DNA of 32,000 nucleotides from Psychrobacter cryohalolentis K5. GTDB lineage: Bacteria; Pseudomonadota; Gammaproteobacteria; Pseudomonadales; Moraxellaceae. Each line of letters starts with the position of its first letter. Positions within the stretch are counted from its first letter, which is position 1. Position numbers and translations under genes: made by a program. Below are positions 1-8,993 of the stretch, piece after piece. The notes below the pieces were generated by a model that was given only the letters and a program-made list of their open reading frames with translations, had not been told where the DNA came from and searched no databases. The stretch lies in contig NC_007969.1 of assembly GCF_000013905.1 (NCBI RefSeq), positions 2,130,001 to 2,162,000 of the forward strand, read 5' to 3'.

Positions 1-766
1 CGAGTAAATCCGCATCAGCTATAGCATTGTTAAGACACTCTGGCGTATCGTTATCTCCAGCCACCACTACCCTTGTACGCTGACTCTCATTATCGACATA
101 ACCTGTTGAACGAAGCTTGCGACCGTCTTCGGTCATAACATCTTCGCCCTGTTGCAGTCTGCCCCACAGCGCGTTGGCTGGAATATTATCTGCTATCAGC
201 TTGTCCTTATCAAGATGGCGATGACTGATCGTCTGGCTGATACCAAAGCCATAAGAGGGAACGCGATGCGATAACGGCGTGATATCAATTTCAAGCTGAT
301 GTTGATTGTCTAAGCTGATAGTTACCTGAGCTTTATTTTTACTATCTTGCTCAGATAGCAAATCTTCTATCGCCATAAAGTTAATAGCAAATGGAAAGTG
401 CAATTTGGTAGTCAAAATAAGAGCATCAAGCAGTGTGGCAATCGCTTTTGGCGCAAGCAGTATCAGCGGCGCAGTACGTCCTGACATTGCCGCACTCGCT
501 AACAACCCCGGCAAACCATAGCAATGGTCGCCATGCACATGAGTAATGCAAATCGCTTGTAACTGATGTAAAGATAACTTGGTATGTAAGAGCTGATGCT
601 GCGTACCTTCACCGCAATCAATCAATAACCACGGCCGTGATTTCTTGTTTTGCTGTTGATTTGTCCCTGAGCTATAAGGGTTGATGCACTCGATGGCAAG
701 CGCCGTTACATTACGTTGCTTGGTTGGCACACCTGCTGAGGTACCCAAAAAAGTGAGTTTTAGCAT
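1..766 (-). CDS. rnz: Ribonuclease Z / RNase BN (metallo-beta-lactamase fold), partial; C-terminus lies beyond the window edge
   Basis: My own translation of the minus strand from the ATG at 764-766 gives [26 protein letters not shown]...[15 protein letters not shown]...[16 protein letters not shown]. This is colinear with E. coli ElaC/Rbn ([21 protein letters not shown]...[13 protein letters not shown]...HLHGDH) and includes the HxHxDH zinc motif. The ORF is open to position 1, so it is absent from the ORF track. Confidence 0.85.
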   Translation of the reverse strand, partial: [255 protein letters not shown]

Positions 767-798
767 CGCTTATCTCTGCTGATTATCATTACGAGCTG

Positions 799-1059
799 TT
801 ATGGCAACTGACATATCATAGTTTTTTTGCCTTCAATCATCTGTCCGCCATTTGCCGTACATTCATTGACCATATTGGATTCATACGACTTCCAGCCACC
901 ATAGAAGCTGGCAATGCATAGAATCACTACCAACAGTTTTTGTGACCATGCTTTAATGGAAACTTGCTGACTGTTCACATTATTAACAAACTCATTAAGT
1001 GGTTGTTCATTAGCACTGTTGGTATGGTCAGTATTATTCGACTTATTCAAATCTGTCAT
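799..1059 (-). CDS. Hypothetical small membrane protein (86 aa) with one predicted TM helix and a C-terminal Cys pair
   Basis: ORF with an AGGA Shine-Dalgarno about 6 nt upstream of the ATG. Polar N-terminus, hydrophobic segment LLVVILCIASFYGGW, then C-x16-C near the C-terminus. No family recognised. Confidence 0.5.
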   Translation of the reverse strand: MTDLNKSNNTDHTNSANEQPLNEFVNNVNSQQVSIKAWSQKLLVVILCIASFYGGWKSYESNMVNECTANGGQMIEGKKTMICQLP

Positions 1060-1069
1060 TTTTCATCCT

Positions 1070-1106
1070 AAAAAAAGGGTTTGTCTATAAATAAACAAAG
1101 CCCTTT
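1070..1106 (-). terminator. Rho-independent terminator downstream of the GST gene
   Basis: Stem AAGGGTTTGT / ACAAAGCCCTT with one bulge. On the minus strand it is followed by a 7-T run (plus-strand A run at 1070-1076). Confidence 0.55.
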
Positions 1107-1146
1107 ATTGTTATATTAAATCAATAATTAATAATAAGCGTCGCAC

Positions 1147-1815
1147 TTAAAACTGTAGACGACCGCCCTTTTCTTCTGCACGCTTAAAGGCATCACGTTC
1201 TTCACAACGCTTAAGCCAAGTTAAGACATTGGTATATTTACTACTGTCTAAACCTGCGCCTGCATTGGCACCGACCACAGCCAGATGCATCTGAATATCA
1301 GCGGCGCTAAATTCTGCTCCGGCAAACCAATGGTTGTCTTGTAAATGCTGCTCCATCATATCGAGTATGGCAGTCAAGCTTTTGCTTATCATGCTTTTTT
1401 CGACTTGCTTTTTGATGCTTTTACTCACAGTTTTGATCAGCATCGGCGACTGCTCAACCACTTTAGTAAATACCAAACGCATGACCAACGGCGGCATCAC
1501 TGATGCTTCGGCAAAGTGTAGCCAAAACGTATAGGCCTCCCACGCCGCTTCATTGTCATCAGCAGGCTTAAACTGCCTTTCTTTATCATAGTGCTTTAAT
1601 AGATACTCGATGATAAAGCCTGACTCAATCAGCACACGACCATCGACCTCTAGCATCGGTGCATGACCGAGCGGGTGTATTTGCTTTAAGCTGTCAGGGG
1701 CACGGTACGCTTTGTTACGCTGGTAGCAAGTCAGTTGGTAGTCGGCATTCAGCTCTTCTAATAGCCATAAGATACGAAATGAGCGTGAGTTTGCCAAGTG
1801 ATGAAGGTGTAGCAT
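1147..1815 (-). CDS. Glutathione S-transferase family protein
   Basis: 222 aa. The N-terminal thioredoxin-like GST fold (SRSFRILWLLEEL...HPLGHAPMLEVDGRVLIESGFIIEYL) and a helical C-domain are typical of bacterial GSTs. Confidence 0.85.
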   Translation of the reverse strand: MLHLHHLANSRSFRILWLLEELNADYQLTCYQRNKAYRAPDSLKQIHPLGHAPMLEVDGRVLIESGFIIEYLLKHYDKERQFKPADDNEAAWEAYTFWLHFAEASVMPPLVMRLVFTKVVEQSPMLIKTVSKSIKKQVEKSMISKSLTAILDMMEQHLQDNHWFAGAEFSAADIQMHLAVVGANAGAGLDSSKYTNVLTWLKRCEERDAFKRAEEKGGRLQF

Positions 1816-2039
1816 AAACCATCCTTATAATAAGTTTTTAGTATTCAATAGCAGATTTTATAAGTCAACTCTTCAATATTCTGTTTAAATAAAGGAGTTT
1901 AATAAATCAAACAACCCGATTTAAGTCAATAATAATGCTTGATAATAACTCACTTATTGTTTTTATTATAGCTTTACTATGTAGCTTGACTTATCAAACC
2001 GCTTTTATCGGGCCACACTACTTATCATTACATCAATAA

Positions 2040-3110
2040 CTACTTTGAATCTAACGCTTGGATTTTACGCGTGATTTTATCTATTCGCTGTTGGTATTTC
2101 CTGATTTTACGAAAACGGTGCGCCTTTAATACCCCTTCTATACGATGGTCGATAAAACGGCGGCGTGGTGGGAAACTCCCAACTTGTGGCTCTCGGTAAC
2201 CATGCAAATGATTGTCACGGCGTCGGATAAGAAAGCCTTTCATACTATCAGCAATCATAATAAACAATGCCAGTGTAATCATGCCATACATGAATAACGA
2301 GCCTCCTTCATCCAGACTTTGATTTAACACAGTAATAGATAATACAAATAGCAGCATAGGCTCTATGTAGCTGAGCGCTCCAAATAACGACACTGGCAGC
2401 TTACTACTAGCAACCATAGTTAGAGACATGGCAAGCGCACTAAAAGCGCCTAGCAGGGGCAATATGTACCAAAATTTGGTATTTTGCGCCGCTACACTAA
2501 AGCCGCCGCTGCTATAAAGCATAATTAGCACCACTGGCGTCAGTAACGTCAAATCTGATAACAGACCTGTAATAGGCGGCACAGCAAGCTTACGACGTAG
2601 CAAATAATAAGGCGGATAACCCAAGCATGCAAATGCGGTTACCCAAGATATACTGCCATATTGCAATATATCATAGCCGATACCGAGCGCAGCACATATC
2701 GCTGCTAACCATTGCAAAACACTCATATGCTCATGATAGAAAAAACGCCCAATCACAATCATGACCAACGGCAATAAAAAATAGCCCAAGGTCACATCAA
2801 GACCAAAGCCATTGACCGGTCCCCACATAAACAGCCAAATCTGCCCACCTAAAATTGGGGTTGGCAGTACAAAAATAATCCACTCTTTTGGCGTCTTTAG
2901 TGTTTTGAGATAATCAAATACATGCTGCCACTGTTTTGTAAGACTGACCAATAGCACTAGGCTCAGGAGCATCATCAATACACGCCACGAAGCCACCTGC
3001 GTACCCGTTAATGGCAGCATAAATAGCCCAAATAGAAACATCAAAGAAAACAAAAAACTTGATGATACTGAAGCCAAAGTTCCCTGAACGGTCTGATTGG
3101 TCGTAAGCAT
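2040..3110 (-). CDS. rarD: EamA/RarD-family 10-TM permease with a roughly 60-aa basic C-terminal extension
   Basis: Colinear with E. coli RarD as I recall it (WRV...KQW..LKTL.TPK......GGQIWLFMWGPVN...LGYFLLPLV.IV.G..F..E....QWLAA). The protein is hydrophobic over its first ~295 residues, up to the basic C-terminal tail. Confidence 0.8.
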   Translation of the reverse strand: MLTTNQTVQGTLASVSSSFLFSLMFLFGLFMLPLTGTQVASWRVLMMLLSLVLLVSLTKQWQHVFDYLKTLKTPKEWIIFVLPTPILGGQIWLFMWGPVNGFGLDVTLGYFLLPLVMIVIGRFFYHEHMSVLQWLAAICAALGIGYDILQYGSISWVTAFACLGYPPYYLLRRKLAVPPITGLLSDLTLLTPVVLIMLYSSGGFSVAAQNTKFWYILPLLGAFSALAMSLTMVASSKLPVSLFGALSYIEPMLLFVLSITVLNQSLDEGGSLFMYGMITLALFIMIADSMKGFLIRRRDNHLHGYREPQVGSFPPRRRFIDHRIEGVLKAHRFRKIRKYQQRIDKITRKIQALDSK

Positions 3111-3131
3111 AACAACAGCCTTAAAAAACAG

Positions 3132-3175
3132 AAAAAAAACAAAGCCTCCAACGATAACGTCAGAGGCTTTTTTTA
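3132..3175 (-). terminator. Bidirectional intrinsic terminator after gyrA
   Basis: Stem AAAGCCTC / GAGGCTTT, flanked by an A run on the left and a T run on the right. Confidence 0.6.
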
Positions 3176-3221
3176 TAAAAGGTAATAAAAGAATAGACCA
3201 AAAAGCTAACTAATAAAAGCG

Positions 3222-6008
3222 TTATTCGTCAGTGTCAGTTTCTGTATGACTAGTATCATCAAAGTCTGTCTCTGTAGCATCACTATTCGCCGCATCAACA
3301 TCCATCTGTTCTTGACCTTTTACTTCAAACGTTCCATCTTCTCTCATTGCATCAATCAGCTCATTGTTACCCTCTTCGTGCTCAACACGCGCCATAGCAA
3401 CCAGTTTTTCATCTTTTGATAAACGAATCAGCGTGACGCCTTGAGTATTACGACCAGAGCTTGCTACATGCTCAACTGGGGTACGTACTAAAGTACCTTT
3501 GTCTGAAATTAAAATAATATCGTCTGTAGAGTCCACCTTGGTAGCACGAACCAGCGCACCATTACGCGTGCTAGTTTTAATAGCGATAACACCGCCACCG
3601 CCACGATTTTGCGTGTTGAACTCATCAATAAAGGTGCGTTTGCCAAAGCCGTTTTCACAAGCAATTAAAATTTCGCGGACGTCATCTTCAATCACTACCA
3701 ACGATTTGATAAATTCATCAGCAGTCAGGCGCATACCGCGGACACCTTTCGCCGTACGACCCATCGCACGAGCATCCGTCTCATTAAAACGAATGGCTTT
3801 ACCACTTGACGCAAATAGCATGACCTCTTGGCTACCATTGGTGATACGAGCGCTCACCAATTTATCGCCTTCTTCTAAGCCAACTGCAATCAAACCGTTC
3901 GAGCGAATATTGGCAAACTGTTTCAGCTCGACACGCTTCACTGTACCATTTGCCGTTGCAAAAAATACAAAAGGCGGCTCTGCTTGCGTGCTATCGTCTA
4001 ATAGATCATCACTATCTAGTGTGACATCTGCTGATGTCTCACCTTTGCTAGATAACTCTTCTACGATTTTTGGGATAGGCAATATCGTTGTGACCGTTTC
4101 ATCAGCATTTAAGCCAATAAGATTGACCAGTGGACGACCACGGGCGCCGCGGCTGGCAATTGGCACTTCAAAACCACGTAAACTAAAGACACGACCCGTA
4201 TCGGTAAAGCACAGTACGGTTGCGTGCGTTGAAGTCACGATTAAATGATCAATCACATCGTCTTCTTTCATCGCCGTCGCTGATTTGCCTTTACCGCCAC
4301 GTTTTTGCGCCACATAGTCGTCAATGGGTTGAGTTTTGGCATAGCCAGTACGCGATACCGTCATTACCACGGTTTGCTCTGGGATCAAGTCTTCACGGTT
4401 AAAGTCCATACGCGAATCAATAATATCAGTGCGACGCTCATCACCAAAATTATCACGGATTTCAATCATCTCGTTTGAGATAATGGTCATTAGCTTATCA
4501 AAATCACCAAGGATCGATTCTAAATGGGCAATTTCACGCAACAAGTCTTGGTATTCTTCAGTTAATTTATCTTGCTCAAGACCCGTTAGACGATGTAGTT
4601 GCATGTCTAAAATCGCATTGACCTGCTCAAGCGATAAGCGATAGCTTTCTTGATTATTAATCAGACCAAATGGCGCTTTTGGATCTTCGCCTTCGATAAA
4701 GTCAGGACGTACCGACTGGCTGCCTGCAGCGGTTAGCATCGCTACAACACTACCTGACCCCCAAGTATTACTCAGTAAGTTTTCACGAGCTAAGCCGCGG
4801 TTTGCAGACGCTTTAATCGTCGCAATAATCTCATCAATGTTCGCTAGTGCAACGGTCAAACCTTCTAATAAGTGACCACGGACACGGGCTTTATTGAGCT
4901 CAAAAATGGTACGGCGCGTTACCACTTCTTGACGATGGCGGACAAATGCCGCAATCAGTTGACGCAAAGTCAATAATTTCGGCTGACCATTATCGAGCGC
5001 CACCATATTGATACTAAAGCTAGACTCAAGGGGCGTTTGCAGGAACAAGTTGTTAACGATCACTTCCGCTGTTTCGCCACGACGTAAATCAATAGCGATA
5101 CGCATGCCGTCTTTATCAGACTCATCACGAATCTCGGTAATACCTTCGATTTTTTTGTCACGCACAAGTTCTGCAATACGCTCAATCAGCTTGGCTTTAT
5201 TGGTTTGATAAGGCACTTCGGTGAAAACAATACGCTCACGGTCACGGTTGACACCCGTCTCACTCATCGGCTCAATAATATATCGACCACGTACATGCAA
5301 GCGACCTTTACCAGTACGATAAGCATCTAAGATACCGGCGCGACCATAGATAATACCGCCTGTCGGGAAGTCAGGACCTGAGATATGCGACATCAGCTCT
5401 TCAGCAGATATTTGCGGATTTTCAGCATAAGCTAAGCAAGCGTTAATAACCTCGGTCAGGTTATGCGGCGCCATATTGGTCGCCATACCAACTGCAATAC
5501 CGGTAGCACCATTAATCAATAAATTAGGAATACGCGCAGGCAACACGCTTGGCATACGCTCAGAGCCATCGTAGTTGTCCTCCCAATCGACGGTATCTTT
5601 ATCCAAGTCAGCAAGCATTTGATGGGTCAACTTGGTCATACGCACTTCGGTATAACGCATCGCTGCCGGAGGATCATCATCAATTGAGCCAAAGTTACCT
5701 TGACCATCAACCATCGGGTAACGCAAGCTAAAATCCTGTGCCATACGTACGATGGCATCATAGACGGCACTATCGCCATGTGGGTGATACTTACCAATGA
5801 CATCGCCGACCACACGTGCAGATTTCTTGTAGGCTTTGTTATAGTCATTAGACAATACATGCATCGCATACATCACACGGCGGTGTACTGGTTTGAACCC
5901 ATCACGCACATCAGGCAGCGCGCGCGAGACGATCACGCTCATCGCATAATCCAAATAGGACTGCTTTAATTCGTCCACAATGGCAATAGGACTGACCGAT
6001 TCGCTCAT
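3222..6008 (-). CDS. gyrA: DNA gyrase subunit A
   Basis: Near-identical conserved blocks ([47 protein letters not shown], catalytic region AAMRYTEVR). Six-bladed C-terminal domain and an acidic tail. The start is set at ATG 6006-6008, which has a GAGGGAG Shine-Dalgarno 7 nt upstream. The track ORF begins 18 nt earlier at a GTG. Confidence 0.97.
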   Translation of the reverse strand: MSESVSPIAIVDELKQSYLDYAMSVIVSRALPDVRDGFKPVHRRVMYAMHVLSNDYNKAYKKSARVVGDVIGKYHPHGDSAVYDAIVRMAQDFSLRYPMVDGQGNFGSIDDDPPAAMRYTEVRMTKLTHQMLADLDKDTVDWEDNYDGSERMPSVLPARIPNLLINGATGIAVGMATNMAPHNLTEVINACLAYAENPQISAEELMSHISGPDFPTGGIIYGRAGILDAYRTGKGRLHVRGRYIIEPMSETGVNRDRERIVFTEVPYQTNKAKLIERIAELVRDKKIEGITEIRDESDKDGMRIAIDLRRGETAEVIVNNLFLQTPLESSFSINMVALDNGQPKLLTLRQLIAAFVRHRQEVVTRRTIFELNKARVRGHLLEGLTVALANIDEIIATIKASANRGLARENLLSNTWGSGSVVAMLTAAGSQSVRPDFIEGEDPKAPFGLINNQESYRLSLEQVNAILDMQLHRLTGLEQDKLTEEYQDLLREIAHLESILGDFDKLMTIISNEMIEIRDNFGDERRTDIIDSRMDFNREDLIPEQTVVMTVSRTGYAKTQPIDDYVAQKRGGKGKSATAMKEDDVIDHLIVTSTHATVLCFTDTGRVFSLRGFEVPIASRGARGRPLVNLIGLNADETVTTILPIPKIVEELSSKGETSADVTLDSDDLLDDSTQAEPPFVFFATANGTVKRVELKQFANIRSNGLIAVGLEEGDKLVSARITNGSQEVMLFASSGKAIRFNETDARAMGRTAKGVRGMRLTADEFIKSLVVIEDDVREILIACENGFGKRTFIDEFNTQNRGGGGVIAIKTSTRNGALVRATKVDSTDDIILISDKGTLVRTPVEHVASSGRNTQGVTLIRLSKDEKLVAMARVEHEEGNNELIDAMREDGTFEVKGQEQMDVDAANSDATETDFDDTSHTETDTDE

Positions 6009-6515
6009 ATACACTCCCTCACTCACATCTACTCTCTAGCATTGGCATATCTAAGCCATAATGGGCGACAATAACGGCACCAAAGCGCCGTTATATAATA
6101 AATATAGTGACCATCAAAAAAGGCTTAGCAACCATTCAAATCTATAGAGAATTAGCGATAGTTTTAATGTTGAATAAAAGAAGCTATTTTAGCACAAATT
6201 TGTTGATTTAGGGGGTTCTAGGTGCTATTAAAATCAAGCAAAACAGTTCATTAGTTGCTACTTTTTGCATCAATTACCATGATTTAAAAACCTTTCCCGA
6301 CAGCATTGATATCACTGGCTAATTTTGCCATTGATATATATGAAGACCGTTATTTAGCCAATACCATTTAACGCCCATTTTTTCAAATAGCGCATAATCA
6401 GAGTTGGGTGTTGACGCAATTTAAAAACAATCCTAAAAAGACGTCAACGCTAGATTAGCGCCCTGCTTTATTGTACGATACGCCACCATACATCCTCCAA
6501 TATAGACAAATCTTT

Positions 6516-7403
6516 ATGCCAACCAATCCTCAATATATTAATAATAGCGATGCGGTAAACTCTACAGAAAATGTGACAGTACAAGCGTTAAAAGAAGATG
6601 TGCGTACTGACCGCAGCTTTGATGCGATTGCCGATCATTTTGAGAAAAAGGTCTATGGTGGCTTAAAGGGAGACATTCGATTAGCAGTATTGCGCCGTGA
6701 TCTTTTTGAATACTGCGCGCAGACGAGCCACAAACTTGGGCGACCTTTACGTATTTTGGATGTGGGTGCAGGGCTTGCGCAAATTGCGATTGAGCTTGCG
6801 ACTCAAGGACATATACTGGTCATCAATGATATCTCGGCCAATATGTTAGATAAGGCGCAAGAGCGCGCTGCACAAAGTAGTGCAAACGATGAAAAATTGA
6901 ATATTACGTGGTATGTATGCCCGTATCAAGAGCTTGAAGAAAAGCTGGCTGATAAGACGGAGAAATTTGATTTAATCATGTGTCACGCGCTACTTGAATG
7001 GTTGGCAGAGCCTGCCGCGGTAATGGACTTTTTTGACCAGCAATTATCCGATAATGGAGCATTATCGCTGTGCTTTTATAATCCAGCAAGTTTTGATTAT
7101 CGTAATTTGATAATGGGTAATTTCAACTTATTAGATAACACTGAATATAAAGCCGATAGTAAAAAAAGCCTGACGCCCAATCATCCGGTTGCAAAGGAAG
7201 AGGTTGAAGCTTGGCTACAGGCGCATGATTATCAGACTCTGATCGCCAGCGGTCTGCGCGTATTCCATGATTATTCGCCGCTAAAACGTGGTGGGCATAA
7301 CGATCCTGAAGCGGTCATACGTATGGAGTTACGCTACTCGCAACTGGATCCCTATAAGTGGCTTGGGCGCTACTTACATCTTCTAGCGACACGTGTCTCT
7401 TAA
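6516..7403 (+). CDS. cmoM: tRNA 5-carboxymethoxyuridine methyltransferase (SAM-dependent; SmtA/CmoM family)
   Basis: Colinear with E. coli CmoM from memory (DRSFDAIADHFEKKVYGGLKGDIRLAVL.RDL; ILDVGAGLAQIAIELA..GH.....DIS..M; ALLEWLAEP; RVFHDY; LGRYLHLLA). The first in-frame ATG is at 6516. The track ORF starts at an upstream TTG. Confidence 0.8.
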   Translation: MPTNPQYINNSDAVNSTENVTVQALKEDVRTDRSFDAIADHFEKKVYGGLKGDIRLAVLRRDLFEYCAQTSHKLGRPLRILDVGAGLAQIAIELATQGHILVINDISANMLDKAQERAAQSSANDEKLNITWYVCPYQELEEKLADKTEKFDLIMCHALLEWLAEPAAVMDFFDQQLSDNGALSLCFYNPASFDYRNLIMGNFNLLDNTEYKADSKKSLTPNHPVAKEEVEAWLQAHDYQTLIASGLRVFHDYSPLKRGGHNDPEAVIRMELRYSQLDPYKWLGRYLHLLATRVS

Positions 7404-7476
7404 ACACATGCCTCTTAAAAGCTTTAAAACTTCGACACCATGCATCCTTTCGGTAAAGACAACTTAATAAACGCTA

Positions 7477-8835
7477 TCATATGTCCTCAAACCGCTCTGA
7501 CCTATCATACTCTGACCACGTGGTAGCGTTGATATCCTTTTCGTCAAATACCACCACATGCTCCAGTATCGGCAAGATACCGATTTGGGTGCCGACTTCA
7601 TGATTATGATGACTGGCGACCAATGACAATACCGTTTGACCATCATCTAGTTGCAAGCGATAGAGATAATTGGCACCGCGAAATACCCGACCAACCACTA
7701 AGGCGGTCTGCGTACTGTCATCATCATGGATAATGTCATCGGGACGCACCAATACCTTAATCGGCGTACCATTCGGATAGTCGTATTCACAATACTGCGG
7801 CTGACCGGACGCATCATAGACTTCCATCCGCCGATAAATATCACCAAGCGCCGTCTCGACATGACCTTCTTTGATGATGCCGTCTATCATCGCGCCTTCA
7901 CCGACGAACTCAGCGACGAATGGGCTGACCGGCTCATGATATAGCTCACTTGGGGTTGCCCACTGTACCAGCTTACCTTTATGCATGACGCCGACTTTAT
8001 CAGCGAGCGCAAACGCTTCATTTTGATCATGAGTGACCAAAATCGCAGTGGTATTGGTGCGCTTTAGAATATCGCGGACATTCATAGCTAATGATTCACG
8101 CAGTACTACATCCAAGTTCGAAAACGGCTCATCGAGCAGTAATAACTTAGGCTTCGGTGCCAATGCACGAGCCAATGCCACCCGCTGCTGCTGTCCACCT
8201 GAGAGCTCGCTTGGGCGTTTATCGGCATGTTCAGACAATTCTACCAGCGCTAGCATCTCAGCAACACGGGCTTTTTTGTCGGCAGCCGACCATTTATTGA
8301 GACCAAAGCCGATATTTTTTGCCACGCTTAAATGACCAAATAGCGCATAGTCTTGAAATACCATCCCCATGCCGCGCTTGGCAGGTGCAACGGCAAATGA
8401 GACACGCGCCGCTTGCTCTGTTAGTCGCTGATTGTTAAGCGTGATTTTGCCGCTACGACTCTCTTCTAACCCTGCAATCGCTCTTAATGCCGTGGTCTTA
8501 CCACAGCCGCTATAACCTAAAAAGCAACCAATTTCACCTTGCTGTAGGTTCAGTGACAAACCATTGACTACTATGGTGTCGTCATAGCCAACCACCAAGT
8601 CCTGTACACTAAAATATGGCTGAGTGGCAGCGGTTTCATGATTTTGAATGAAGGTACTATCTAAATTAGCAACACCTTGTTGTAACTCTCTTTCCGCTAC
8701 AGCTTGCGCCATTTGCGCTTTGGTTATGATAGTCATAGGTGGCTTTTTCACATTACTTTGTCGTGCTTTACTCTGAGGTTCTACAGAATCAGAGTCTGCT
8801 GGATTTATGGAATCGTTCATCAAGTCAGTATACAT
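7477..8835 (-). CDS. fbpC: Iron(III)-type ABC importer ATP-binding protein (FbpC/PotA family) with an N-terminal polar extension
   Basis: Walker A GYSGCGKTT, signature LSGGQQQRVALARAL, Walker B LLLLDEPFS, H-loop VTHDQ, and a C-terminal TOBE-like domain. The start is uncertain: ATGs at 8835, 8820 and 8736, none with a clear Shine-Dalgarno. Confidence 0.85.
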   Translation of the reverse strand: MYTDLMNDSINPADSDSVEPQSKARQSNVKKPPMTIITKAQMAQAVAERELQQGVANLDSTFIQNHETAATQPYFSVQDLVVGYDDTIVVNGLSLNLQQGEIGCFLGYSGCGKTTALRAIAGLEESRSGKITLNNQRLTEQAARVSFAVAPAKRGMGMVFQDYALFGHLSVAKNIGFGLNKWSAADKKARVAEMLALVELSEHADKRPSELSGGQQQRVALARALAPKPKLLLLDEPFSNLDVVLRESLAMNVRDILKRTNTTAILVTHDQNEAFALADKVGVMHKGKLVQWATPSELYHEPVSPFVAEFVGEGAMIDGIIKEGHVETALGDIYRRMEVYDASGQPQYCEYDYPNGTPIKVLVRPDDIIHDDDSTQTALVVGRVFRGANYLYRLQLDDGQTVLSLVASHHNHEVGTQIGILPILEHVVVFDEKDINATTWSEYDRSERFEDI

Positions 8836-8993
8836 AGACAGTACCAATAAGCTATTAGTGAAGAAAATCCAGCGTCACAACATTCAAAATATTAGACGTT
8901 AAAAACATGAAACTTTAAAAGTGTGAATAACGTAAGAAGCACCAATTAGAATCCGTTGATCATTTAAGCACAATACTTTAATTAAAAAACACC

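Noticed and set aside
3499-4248. A 249-aa ORF on the plus strand inside gyrA, plus several shorter plus-strand ORFs at 4220-5969.
   Set aside because: It lies entirely antisense to a highly conserved gene. Its Ser/Arg/Leu/Pro-rich, low-complexity translation is typical of the mirror frame of a coding region. It has no ribosome-binding site and no recognisable domain.
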